Of a DNA stretch of 64,000 bases, positions 1 through 12,730 are shown in pieces. The stretch lies in assembly GCF_902652985.1 (NCBI RefSeq), contig NC_047023.1, positions 16,058,001 through 16,122,000 of the forward strand, written 5' to 3'. Origin of the DNA: Pecten maximus (Eukaryota). The translations under genes and the position numbers were made by a program. Below the pieces are notes generated by a model. It was given only the letters and a program-made list of their open reading frames with translations, did not search any database and was not told where the DNA came from. The first letter of the stretch is position 1, and the number at the start of each line of letters is the position of its first letter.

Positions 1-2250
1 AGACTTCATATCGCACAATGAAATGGAATGTTTTTAAATGAGATCATGATGTCCATCCCGTGGACTTCAGCAACTTGCATCACTCGAAGCATTTTGTTGC
101 CATTTACTCAAAATTGCTGAAATCGTTATAAAACTATCTAAGTATATTGAATATAATATAAATCTACAATTGAAAATTAACAATTTGGAAATTCGCGTTT
201 ATCATATTATCTGCTGGTTATATGGTTAGTAGAGATAAAACATAGTTGCTAAATCTTTAGGTGACTTTGAAGGGCTATGTAAGCTCACTTTTAGATTCTT
301 TATAGGACAATCAATATAATCAACCTTGTATGAAAACAGTAAGTTTTCAAAGAAAGAAGCACATTTTTTTCCAAACGGGTGTGCCAAAAAAAGCTGTTGG
401 AAAGTCTACCTAACAAACTCGCTATTTTCACCTTGGTTTTATTTTTAGTCATTAAAGAAATATACTCCATTAAAAACCATAACTTAGAAAAAAATCCTTT
501 ACTTAGAATTCTGTGTCCATTTTATTAAAAATGTCGAAGGGTTTCTTAAAGTTTATATTGGTGAATGGTAGTAATATTTGGCATATCAAAAGTTTCTGGA
601 AAGTCTCCCTGGTTATCAATACTAGTTCCTTTTACAAACTGGAACTATAATCGTGATTTTAGACTGGGATTAAATCAGTAGATGCCTTTTCCATAGGAAT
701 ATCCTCAAACCTGTCATTTAGATAAGTGTGGTTTTGACATCAGGGAATAAAGACATGTAAATTGTTTTCAGTTTAGATATTAAGCTGTACACCAATCTAT
801 TAATTATGGACCTAATTGTAGAATGCTGTGATGCTGATTTGACTCATTTTCTGGCATATTCATCCCCGATATCCTTCAGTATTTTAATATTCATATTTCA
901 TTTAATGGAAACACTCTCTCGATTATTCGAAGCTTTTCTGAAAATTTTTGACTTTGTCATTGTCACTAACAAATTAATAATAATCTTCAAAAAAATTCAA
1001 AACTCAAGTTTCTGGTGCCATTATATTAATTAAGCATTTCAAAAGAGTATGTACAGCTTTTAGTGCATCTACACACTTACAAGAAACAAGTTTAGGGGCC
1101 CCTTGGTCTAACGCCAAGGGACATAACTCCCATGAAATAAATGGACAATAAATTAATTATATTAAGTTGTATAACCCTCATGAAACCTAAATGAAAAAAA
1201 ATGTAAAATACGAAATAATTCTATACATAAATTAAGCTTAATATTTAGTTACCTTATGGGTGGCATTGTATATTATACTGTATATCAATATTGTTTATGC
1301 TAGGGGATCATTATCATCATGATCAGTTACTTCTATAAATCGTTGACATTTTATGCCATACACCAAGCGAAATGAACATAAAATATTTTTCTCTATTTCT
1401 AAGACTCCATAAACAAAGTGATATCAACAAGTTTAAATAGATGCCCCGAATATTTACTTAATTGTTCGTGATTTAAAATCCAATCAAACTTTATTTGTTA
1501 CACGCTTGACCATATAGTTTATAATATGTTTTGCCACGTTGTGTCCATTTTGAGTTTTAATTACGGTATTGTGTGTATGTTTCTATTATCTGTTTGTTAT
1601 CATGAATTTTGCAAAAACTCTACAATTGAAAGCTGAATATGTTCTTCATTCCGATCTTAAATGCTTCAATATGACAATATTTAATCTAAGCAGTGCAGTG
1701 TATTTACCAACTCCCTCCTTGGTAGAAAGGCAGCACTTTTAGAGCTTTGTCAAAAGAGAAAATGAGTGGGAAACACTATTTTCTCTGCTACCACCTCGAG
1801 AAAAGTTAAGACCGCCTCATTTCAATAACATGCATTATTTTTATAGAGGAATACAAATGTAGAAATGTAACAAAAGTAATCTCGGATTCAATATTGCGTT
1901 TTAAGAAAGCGCAAAATACATATACTAAAAAGTTCCGTACTAATTAGTTGAAAACTAAGTCAGCTTATCGTCGAACAAGATTAAAATGCTGAACCATAAC
2001 TTAAAGAAAAAATAAAAGGATACATCGCAAATATGTCAATTGGATTTATTTGAACATACATGGAGGTTCAGATCTTCCCAGCATGCTACTAGCCCAATTT
2101 CTGGATCTTTCCCCTCTTGGTTACTGCAAAATAAGTCGTTTAAAGATTAGAGAATAGGAAAGGGTAATTCTTATTAACAAACTTGATGATCCCTTTATCC
2201 AAGCATGCTATTAACCCATAATCATGATCCTTTGTTTTTTGAGAGAAAGA

Positions 2251-2690
2251 GGACACCGAACGGGCCATGGTTGACTCACCACATCTTCGAACCAGTGACA
2301 CCAAACGGACGATGGTTGTTTTACCACGTCTATGAAAAAGTGACACCGAACGGACGATGGTTGTTTTACCACGTCTATGAAAATGTGACACCGAACGAAC
2401 GATGGTTGTTTGTCCGTGTCTTCGAGCAGGTGACACCGAACGGACGATGGTTGAATTACTATGTCTTCGAACAAATGACACCGAACAAACGATGGTTGTC
2501 TGTCCGTGTCTTCGAGCAGGTGACACCGAACGGACGATGGTTGAATTACAATGTCTTCGAACAAATGACACCGAACAAACGATGGTTGAATTACCATGTC
2601 TACGAACAGATGACACCGAACAAACGATGGTTGAATTACCATGTCTTCGAACAAATGACACCGAATAGACGATGGTTGCCTCACAATGTC
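2251..2690. repeat. 45-bp minisatellite, ~10 copies
   Basis: TGACACCGAA recurs at 2341, 2386, 2431, 2476, 2521, 2566, 2611 and 2656. The unit is approx TGACACCGAACGGACGATGGTTGAATTACCATGTCTTCGAACAAA. Confidence 0.95.
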
Positions 2691-3999
2691 ATCAGGTGAA
2701 ATACAAAAGTAAATTGAATACTTCTAGGACCACACAACACGAATTGTTACACATGAAATTTACAAATGTTATGAACTTGTCAGTTGGATGCACAAAAAAA
2801 TCATATTCACAACGCAATCATTTCCTAATAATAACTCGAATTCCGCCCAGGTTGTTGACTTCGTCCGGAAGGTGCACAGGTACAGGTGTATATGTAATAG
2901 GAAGGCGTAAAATCACCTGCCTGCGCTTAGGCTAGAACTAAACTCCAAGCATGACATAGTAAGATGGACTATACACTCCAATTTTACGGTGATAACTTTA
3001 ATTTATCTTCTAAATCAGAATGTCTGTTACTCAATACTGGTCTGACGACACGAAAATACTCAAAAAAGAAAGTTATCTTTGACGAAGGATCGAAACGTCA
3101 TATTCCTATTTTCGTATAAATGTATATATTTATGATATTTTCAGTATGATATTATTGCTTTATTAAAATGACATCAGTGAAACTCTTACGAGGATTTTTC
3201 ACCACACATACGTTAATCACATATTGACACACACCAAGGTATTGCAGCGGCGATTTACAAAGAAGATTTGCCGTTATATTCCATACATTTCCCTCTCAGG
3301 TTGAGTTTTAAAACGTCTTTTAAATACATATTCTGTAATCGTTTTCAAGAAATAAAGTCGGAAAGCCTCTAATTTTGTCACATAGAAACGTGTACTGAAG
3401 TTTATTTAGTGATCGGAGATGTGCCGTTTACCGGTCCGTCTGCGGGTAAGCCTCTTTAATTATGCCGAATTTAAATCGAAAGTTTCTCCATACAACTATT
3501 TAGGGCAAAAGTGTAAAACCCCAAAAAAAGAAGATAGAAAAAACACAACCGGGTTAAATCCATGTTTAAAAATAAATGGGAAGGTGTACTATTAGTATTA
3601 GTATTATTATAAATTTTGAAAACGGAAGAGGAATATGTATTATTGATATTGTTTATTATTTGGAAGATATATTAAAAACTAAATTTGGCGAAATCGATGT
3701 TTCAAATAAGGGCGAAGGTGTATTACTATCTTTTTTTAATATGATAAACGTTGATATTTCCAAAACGTAACAGCATAATGGTGGTGTATCCTGAGGAACC
3801 TCTACCATCATATATTGGTTCCGAGACACCTGTTTCTATTCAATAATGTAAAGGTAAAGTATCGGTTTAGAACTCTAAACTTTGTATAGTCAAAGTTATT
3901 TGTGAAAATGCTCAGCGATTGTTTCGAAACAGAAGTACATGTCAATGAAATACAGTTGATACATACATTGTATGGTTGTTGTGCACTACAGGCTCGGTC

Positions 4000-4234
4000 A
4001 GTTTTTATCACTGTTTATTAACATAACTCACTGGACACAGGTCACTAGAAGTAGGGAAACGTCAGGATCCTCACTGGTCATTTACCGTCATAACTACGAT
4101 TTTTTTGTCATTTTTACGAATCGCAATTGACAAACATTTCCTAATTTTCTAGTGCAACTGGTATAAATATGGAGGGGAATCGTCCCCGAATCATTCTCAA
4201 TCTTTACTCCTCAGCGAATCATACCAACGTGAAG
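4000..4234 (+). promoter_or_regulatory. Gene 1 promoter and non-coding exon 1 (DR1 4032-4044, TATA 4162-4169, Inr TCATTC with +1 ~4193, exon 1 ~4193-4234)
   Basis: TATAAATA lies 31 nt upstream of an Inr-like TCATTC and is followed by donor AAG|GTGAGT at 4235. It is homologous to the promoter/exon 1 of genes 2-7. Confidence 0.8.
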
Positions 4235-4792
4235 GTGAGTTTTGTTTGCCGTGTTAACATATATACAGTTCTATTGTCTTGTAGTCAGATCTTATGAGTA
4301 TTTACCGTCTGACTATATATCTCTTAGCACTTCAACAGGCTCGATTATTTTTTAATCTCTGAATGTCTATTTCGCTAAAATTGATGTAAAACCCGAGACT
4401 ATGTTAACGTAATTCAGACACTTGGTTTTGGTAAACATCACTGTTTAACAACATATCATGTTTTCGTTATTGTATTTGTTTTAAAGTAGTAACAAGCTCC
4501 CGATACGTTGTTTCTTTTTGCTCGGTATATTTCATGTTCCTGTGAATATTTAATGTCGTATGTAGATCCTATTATCAACAAAATGATTTTCATCAATACA
4601 TTTTCAATTTGTTTATTTTTTATGTATCACTTGTACAAAAATATCAGTAAATAATATACATTTTTGATTAATTATTGATTAAAATCAGTTTCTAGTTAAA
4701 CTGGTGTAATCCTGGAAATAGTTATGTGTTCATTACAGTGTATTGTTTGGTGGTCATATCCTTACAGCAGATATCTCGGGAATCAGTATCTA

Positions 4793-5254
4793 AGGGAACA
4801 ACCAACGAATTGAAAAAATAGACTTTTGAAACACCCCCTGTGTATAGGGGGAAAGTTGAGCCAGGGATAAATGTCTGGCAGCCACTGATTGGCCAGTATA
4901 TTATGAAGTTACACAATAGATATGTAGCCTGATATGTAACTTTCCATAGGAAATGTTGATATGAATTTCGTAAGTCCGATTGAATTGTTTTGTTTTTTTT
5001 CAAAAATTCAGGTCATATTAATTAACAGGTAAACATTTCAGATTTTTGAGAATTTTTACTGCGAAATTCACCCATTTTCAAAATGGCTACCCTGGACAAA
5101 GTTTCAGCTAAAGACCCAACTGTTTTTGTGTCATATGAGACCCCAAACTTTTGTTATGAACCATAATTGCCAAATTGAATTCAAGAATTTTAATCATATA
5201 CTCCAAAACTTTCACACCAAATTCTATTGAAAAACAATTGGTTGGTTGGTCTCT
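4793..5254. mobile_element. ~460-bp MITE with terminal inverted repeats (Kolobok-like termini) in gene 1 intron 1
   Basis: Imperfect TIRs AGGGAACAACCAACGAATTG ... CAATTGGTTGGTTGGTCTCT. A second, inverted copy lies at 54050-54508. Confidence 0.8.
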
Positions 5255-5456
5255 GTAAACGTCATTGTGATGAAAACAAGAAACCAGATATTTATTAAAT
5301 TAAAGTGTTTTATCCTATTTCGACAAAACTTCAGTACTAAACTGTCACCATGTTTTAACTGCAAATTTATTTCATATTATGCTCCAGGTCCAGGAATTAC
5401 AAAATATCATTTTTGCTGTTATTTGTGTATGTTACAGTCCCTACCGACCCGACACC

Positions 5457-6180
5457 ATGATGAAGGTATTGTTTCTCCTGTCCTGCCTCGTGGCTTGTGG
5501 GCTCTGCCATTACTATGGTGAGTATTCATGTAGTCAGGTCACACTACAAAAGCGGCACCTGTTATTTCCTGTAGCTGATAATCTGTTACATCATTTGATT
5601 TCTATTTTTTTACTTTGTAAAGAATATATAAAAAAAAAAACTACGAGACAATTATTCATGTTCATTGATCTTTATATAAAATCCAGTAAATATGTAGATA
5701 AGTAAGCGGATGACTACTAAAAGTATCTTTTTCCTATCATCTTTATACATTACGTCTCCAGCTTACCACGTGTTTTGTTTGTGTATCATTGTTAGTTAGA
5801 TTTACTAAACAATAAACCATTTATGGCAGGAAATTCCTTTGGTAATGGTTTTGGGAATGGATTTGGGTCATCACGATTTGACGATGGATATGGACAAGAT
5901 CTTGGATTTTCTGGTTCGGGATGGATTTGGATCTGGATTTGGATCTGGAGTTGGATCTGGATTTGGATCTGGAGTTGGATCTGGATTTGGATCTGGATTT
6001 GGTTCCGGATTTGGATCCGGATTTGGATCCGGTTTTGGATCTGGATTTGGATCTGGATCCGGATTTGGAAATTTCTACGGCCGAGGAGGAAACGGACAAG
6101 GAGGAAACGGACAAGGAAGCTTTGGACGTGGATACGGAAACAGGGGGATGAGGAGAAGTCCTGTAATTGGTGGATATTAA
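5457..6180 (+). pseudogene. Gene 1: secreted Gly/Ser/Phe-rich paralog, join(5457..5517,5830..6180), with an apparent frameshift at ~5921 (pseudogene, null allele or sequence error)
   Basis: Exon 2 encodes MMKVLFLLSCLVACGLCHYYG with donor G|GTGAGT, and the acceptor is CAG|G at 5829/5830. The frame reads GNSFGNGFG...GFSGSG, but the family C-terminus (GFGSG...GRGYGNRGMRRSPVIGGY*) is in another frame. The CDS length of 412 is not a multiple of 3. 3'UTR intron 6198-6580; AATAAA 6643-6648. Confidence 0.75.
5922..6069 (+). repeat. 12-bp coding tandem repeat (GGATCTGGATTT)n encoding (GSGF)n
   Basis: Visible periodicity ggatttggatctggatttggatctggagttgg... Confidence 0.9.
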
Positions 6181-8365
6181 GACAGCAGAAATTCAAGGTG
6201 AAGGCAAAAAATAGTCCTTTGTTCTTTTGATCTTATTACTGTTTTTCTTGTTCGATACCTTTTTTGAACTTGTTACCGGCTTTCATCGTTCATTTCATAT
6301 TGTTGTTGGTTTTCCTGACTTGTTTTGGTAATGAGTATAATATAATACATAAAGGGATAATCATTACCATCAGTACATAGTCCACATTTAAAAAACACAA
6401 ATATATAGCTGTGAAAAGGAAATAGTAAAATCAGCAATGATCTTTCTGTTAGTTTAGTAATTGAAATAATATTATGTCGAACAAATTTTTAATAAGAAAA
6501 AATGTAAATGTTTATCTACAGGTATGTAGATTGATGTTAAGCTTAGCAATTGATTAAAAATATTCCCTCTTTCTTTACAGATTTATCTCATCCAGCATCA
6601 TAGATCATCTTATTTATTGCGTCATTATAATATTTCCCACTTAATAAATTGTGTTTCTAAACAGAAATATGTTGTTATTTTTATTAAAATCGCGAAAGGT
6701 TCAGGGAACTTCTAAAATCATAATCACCGCAAAGGTATATTTTTCTGACAGTAATATATTCCAAAGATGAATATCAATATTTGAAACCGCAAACCTTCTG
6801 ATGATGATGGGAAACACCTCATTACACATATTATAGATTGAATAAGGAGAAATAAATGTTATAAATTGTTTTTGTTTTTAAAAGACGTTATTTCTTAATT
6901 TTGTCCATGTAAGAAATAAATATGATTTTTGGTTTGTATTGTTTAACGTCCGATCAACAGATATGGCTGTGCAACTGGCCCCTCGTGACTTCTGATTCAG
7001 AAACGAAAACGGAACTGAAATGAAAAACATTTTCCTTGCTTCACTAATCAGTATGTTGCTTGGGTCAATATGGTCTTAATAGTACAATCAAGGAAGCTAT
7101 CGTTACCATTTGATATAAAATTGTGATAGATTTTAGCGTTTTGGAAACGACGTTCTTTATTTAAACGAAACCCAATTTGGATTAATCTAATTCTACAAAT
7201 ATGTTAGGCGCACTGTAATCTCCTGAACGAATTGTATTTCAATTAAAATCAGTATTCTTAATCATATCTATATAAATCAATATTCATATCATCCTTTATT
7301 AATATCTGGTAACCATAGATAAAAGTTACTTCGTGTTGTCAAATGCCATATCTTACTCTAGGATAATGGAGAAAATACGAAATAGTATTGCCAGTATTAT
7401 CGTACAAAAAGGAAAGTTTCCGTGGAAATCGTGACATATGTCTGTTATTTATCCAAATTATTTTTGATGGACATTGTGTTGTTTTTGATCTCCGCGTATA
7501 TTCTGATGGCGCTAATTGACATACTTATATTCGTTTTGTCGGAAACATATTTTATCATTTATTCTGAGTGATGCCTATATAATAAAGTCGTTTAATGGTC
7601 CCGATATGGTATAGCACTATACACAAGTACTCCGTGTGCTTTTAGAAATACCAAACACAAACATTACAAAATTGATTGGTGGTGTTAATGTACTTCTCCT
7701 TCCATACTTTAAAACTGGTCAGCATTCCTGAAATAAACAAAAATGGAAAACTGATAGACTTATCCATTTCTACTTTCTCTGACTTTATATGACGATCTTT
7801 TGTTCAGCTTGACCAGAACAAATACTGAATAACCTAATCGTAGACCTGTGAAAAAGCTTTATTTGGCACATTGACGACGCATACCCAAAACGAAGCGTAT
7901 GTCCTTAGGTATCAAGTAGGCATCGAAATCTTCTCTCGTTCTCAAAACTCCATAATTGTATTCTGTTTTTGTGCGGTATCTTTATTCTATCGTCAGAACA
8001 TATTTTTCCCTGCATTATGGGATCCGGGATTAGATAAGAAAACCTCATTTACAAAGTTGTTAGCCGGTCGAAATAGATGGAGGAAGGATTTTAATAGATA
8101 TCTAAGTTTAATAGATTTTCTGGAAATCAGCGTGAAATGGAATTAGATTAGGGAATAGACAACCTAAGTTAGCACTTTGCTCAATTCCATATCGAAATTT
8201 TCGGTTGCTGCAGTGACCATCTTAAACTGGTTATGACCATTTTGAGTTTCCTGGCTCCCCTTCCAATAGCCAATAGCATCATTGACGAAGCCTAGAAGGA
8301 CGAGACAGCCAGTTGGACCACAATGTGTTCATCGACGTCGTGGTGAGCGCTGTTCTGAAGCTTGC

Positions 8366-8728
8366 GTCATATGAAGACGGTACAATATCAGGGTTTGTAA
8401 CATCCCCGTAACAGTCAAGGTCATATGAAGATGGTACAATATCAGGGTTTGTAACGTCCTCGTAACAGTCAAGGTCATATGAAGATGGTACAATATCAGG
8501 GTTTGTAACATCCCCGTAACAGTCAAGGTCATATGAAGATGGTACAATATCAGGGTTTGTAACATCCCCGTTACAGTCAAGGTCATATGAAGATGGTACA
8601 ATATCAGGGTTTGTAACATCCCCGTAACAGGCAAGGTCATATGAAGATGGTACAATATCAGGGTTTGTTTGGGGTGTTTAAACATCCTCGTTACAGTCAA
8701 GGTCATATGAAGACGGAACAATATCAGG
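8366..8728. repeat. 54-bp minisatellite, ~6.5 copies
   Basis: The unit GTCATATGAAGATGGTACAATATCAGGGTTTGTAACATCCCCGTAACAGTCAAG is repeated in tandem. Confidence 0.95.
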
Positions 8729-8933
8729 TATTCATTCAAAATGTGTGATAAACATTTACCTGGGTTACAACAACTATGCTTACACCAAACGAAGCGTCAG
8801 AATACCGACAATATGTTCGGTTTTTATTCACATTTTAGACGGGATAAACATTCAGAAATTAAATTCTCATATAAATTGCCTAAGAGAGAGTGTAAATATA
8901 TACTTCAAACGCACCGCAAAGACAGGTACTTAC

Positions 8934-9870
8934 CTAGAAGTCTGTACGATTCGGTGTCGAGTAAAGAATGGTTCGGAGATGGTTCTCCTCCATATTTATA
9001 TTTGTGTAAGCCTGGATCGTGTTCAGAGACTGAAGCTTGTTTGTTGCAAAAAGATGACTCGCAAATTAAAGACAACAAAAATTATATTGTTGTTCAAAGG
9101 TCATTTATTGAATGACTGATGAACTCTTGCGAGACCACAATATATCATAATTCAACATGAATAATGTTTGATGTAATGGAAAAAACAGAGTGTATTTACA
9201 GAATATAATGATGTAGCAACAAAGATGGGGTACAAATGATGGCGCCGATGATGAGTAATAGATACATGCAATGGACTGTACATACAGTACATGCATGTAC
9301 ATCAATGTTCATCATCACCCCATCCAAAGCTCTGAACATGTACATGTAACTTAATAATATATAGCTATAGTGTGCCCAATACACAATGCTATCATAGAGT
9401 GGACAGGCACATCGGTATCCTGGCCCCACATATGAAATGAAGGCATTGACATTCTGAACCACATATCTGTAATAATACAATTAACAAATTGATAATGCAA
9501 TAGATAACCAATCTGTAAGGAAATGCAATTTTGAGCAGGCAGATTCTGACCCGAAATACATAAATAGGTTAGAATTAATGATGAACAGATCGATAAGGAC
9601 AATACGTACTCATAGTTACATGTGATATAATATATATATAATTGTTAAATGAACGCTTGACCTCACCTTCGAAGAATTGAGTGCTATCAACATATTTTCA
9701 GCTTGTTATCATACTTTCAAGTATGTCAATTACGATTCGTAAAAATGACAAAAAATCGTAGTTATGACGGCAAATGACCAGTGACGATCGTGACGTATAC
9801 GTACTTCCAGTGACCTGTGTCCAGTGAGTTATATTAGTAAACAGTGATCAAAACTGCCCGGGGCTGAACT
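8934..9870 (-). pseudogene. Orphan promoter plus exon 1 of the Gly-rich gene family; no coding exons found
   Basis: Minus-strand TATAAATA at 8993-9000, exon 1 ~8969-8934 and donor AG|GTAAGT. A proximal module with DR1 (TGACCTGTGTCCA, 9811-9823) at ~9730-9870 is the reverse complement of 4000-4130, but it is displaced ~700 bp from the TATA. Confidence 0.75.
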
Positions 9871-12274
9871 ATACGATAGTCATTCAATAGGTAGAGAATG
9901 TGCCGATGTCCGTTACTTATGTATTGAAACAATAGTTGAACTGATATATATATACCAACATTTTACCTAAACATCAGCTAAAAGGCGAAATTAAATTCAT
10001 AACAAAATTATACATGTGACATCTTGTAGAATTAGAGCAGGTGTTTCAGAAACATATTTTAGTTTAAACAGGTATCATTTTTACATACGCACGTATTTGA
10101 GATTGTAACCAAATAAGTAAAAAAAAAATTTTAATGTGGACTTTTACAATTTTCCTCTAGCATTACTGACGATTCCTAGAAGAATGAAACAGGCATGAAG
10201 CAGTTTTACATTCATTATTTATATTAATATATTACAAGCTTTATCTTTTGTTCTACTTCAGCTATAATTAGTTTCCAGTAAGAGAACCACTGACATCATT
10301 GTTATTAGAAATATAAACAATAATGATATATCAATAGTAAAATACAATATCAGAAATACCAGATTCAATAGCCTTAGACCCTTTTTCATACACAGTTTTT
10401 GTCTTGTATATTCTCGTATCGTCAATTTTGTATGGTGTATAAGACATTGTAATTCAGTAATATAAATCATACATTTTCCGTATATTACGAGGTGTTTTAG
10501 TTCGAGCGCCAGCACTGGCAGGGTTTTGTTCATTTCTCATTCACATGCATATGTACACGTGTGTAAACAACCTGCGCAAATGTCGAGCTATACCTAGGAA
10601 AAGATTACAGAACATTTTGTATATAACGAATTTCTTCGGAACATTGAAACACTTCATTATTTCATTAATCTCGCATAGAATTTTTTTTTTATTTCAAAAT
10701 AGCAAAAACAATCTGGAATAAGGTCCTGTAGAACATGTCTGGTAGTGTCTTTCATTTGGCAGGATTCTTAGAAATAAAACAAGGCTTGTCATGGGCGTCA
10801 TATTTATTCTTTGGTATATTTTCGAGATGGGATAGTGAAGGCACTGCTAACCCGTATGGTGTCGTTTTTCTACTAATACAAACTTGAGGGAATTGAACAT
10901 TCCACTTCATATAAACACTTTCAAAGTGGATGTGGAGTGAACAAAATATTCACCATTAAACAGTTTTGGGTTGTTTTTTTCAAAATTTATTGAAATCGTA
11001 GTAGAAATATGTGGTACATAAAACTGAAGTGGAAGTATAATCCAGACCTCAACATGTACCTCAATGCGATATGTTGATGAAAGGCGATGGATCTGGATAT
11101 TTATTCAAACCGACCTGATACCACTTGGAAATTATACAACATTAGTGAAGTCTAAAGAAGGAATTGAAATAGTGTATTGCCTTTCGTTTTCATTTTAAAG
11201 TGACTTGTTGGTGCTCTAGTATTTTATGGTTAAGTAAAATGTCTAGGATTTATAGAACTAACCACTGTCGCTTTATTCCACTAACGTTATTGATATACGT
11301 AAATAATTCTATGTAATGACCGACATTTCAATGTGTGGCTTCAACTCTCTCTGAGATTGTATCTTGGCCAGAAAGTGCATGGATTTGAATAGTTTGACAG
11401 TGACAGTTTTGTTACAGTAACATGTCCAATTTTGTCATTTGTGAGCTGACTCTTTGATATTTGAGATTTTATTATGGCGTGTTGACGTTGTGGAACATGT
11501 TGTGTCGTATTTATGAAACATCACATGCGTGTTGGTGAATCAAATTTTATGTGATATTTTTGACAGATATAGGCGTTATATAACGTTAAGTGTTTTCAGA
11601 CGGAAACAAGTGTATTATTATGAATGACGTTCGTTATCAAATGTAAACATGCTGCGGGCGACAACCGTCGGTAATGACCTGTACAATGTACTTTTAGGAT
11701 ATGCGTGTGTTAACATACATTTATATATAACATATACATATATCACAAACATATTTTTATCTTTTCAGTGTAAAGCCTTAAATTGATACTAGATGGTCAG
11801 GGTAATCGTCTCGTTAATTAACATATTATTTACGATATTATAAACAATCAATTATAACTGTTTATTGCAATTGTGTAATTGGCCACTCGGATATTTTGTT
11901 GGTTCTGTTACCAAAGTATTGTCACTATAAAAATGTTTAAGGCAATTTCTGCAATCTTTAAAAGGACCCGAACAAAGTGTACAATATAGTACATGGTTGC
12001 ACTTTACAAACTTCCAGTACAGCCGATTTGATGATTTCAAATCTGCAACATGACCAAAGATGTAAGTTAAATACATCATTATGTCATTACAGTCTCCCGC
12101 TGGTGAAAACATTTGATCAAATGTTTTGTTTATTATCGACCATTTTGACATAGGTATGGCCCTATTTACTAAGAAGTTTCAGAAATTTTCTTTTCGCGGT
12201 GTTTGTTTTGCGTCGTGCGATATCGAGCTTAAATTCCTTGTTTGAATAATGTTTTATCACAGAACACATTTAAA

Positions 12275-12730
12275 TATTTGTGTCTTCATTTCTACAAAAG
12301 GTATATGTACCTATACCACCTTTTATATATTAATTAAGTAACAGATCGAGTGTATGTATTCAACACAAAAGCTCATGTACGTATACCACATTCAGGTGTA
12401 AATTAGTTGCAGATAGAATATATGTATTCTACAATAGGAACATAATTTTGTAACAGATAGAATATATGTTCAAGGTTCAGGTCGGTTTAACACTTTAAGA
12501 TGTCAATTCAGTAACAAATAGAGTATTTGTATTCTACAATGGACATGTAAGTTTACCACCTTTAGATGTAAATTTGATACAGATGATATATTTACATTCT
12601 GCAAAATGCTCATGTACGTATACCATCTTAAGATGTAAATTTGTTAACAAATGATATATATGTTTGCAACAAAAGGCACATGTAAGTATACCACTTATAC
12701 ATGTAAATTTAGTAACATATAGAGTGTATG
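12275..12730. repeat. Degenerate ~65-bp tandem repeat
   Basis: Recurrent TATTCTACAA..CATGTACGTATACCAC..AGATGTAAATTTAGTAACAGATAGA motif. Confidence 0.7.

Noticed and set aside
2140-2699. Four overlapping repetitive ORFs, and a possible CRISPR-like repeat/spacer look
   Set aside because: This is a 45-bp minisatellite. The unit is divisible by 3, so several frames stay open. The 'spacers' are near-identical, there are no cas genes and the context is eukaryotic.
5792-6196. Antisense and alternate ORFs (SRSKSR protamine/SR-like, IQIQ, DLDL)
   Set aside because: Shadow frames of the GGATCTGGATTT repeat.
8329-8739. 136-aa repetitive ORF
   Set aside because: Translation of the 54-bp minisatellite. 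It lies downstream of the orphan exon 1, but I found no convincing splice link.
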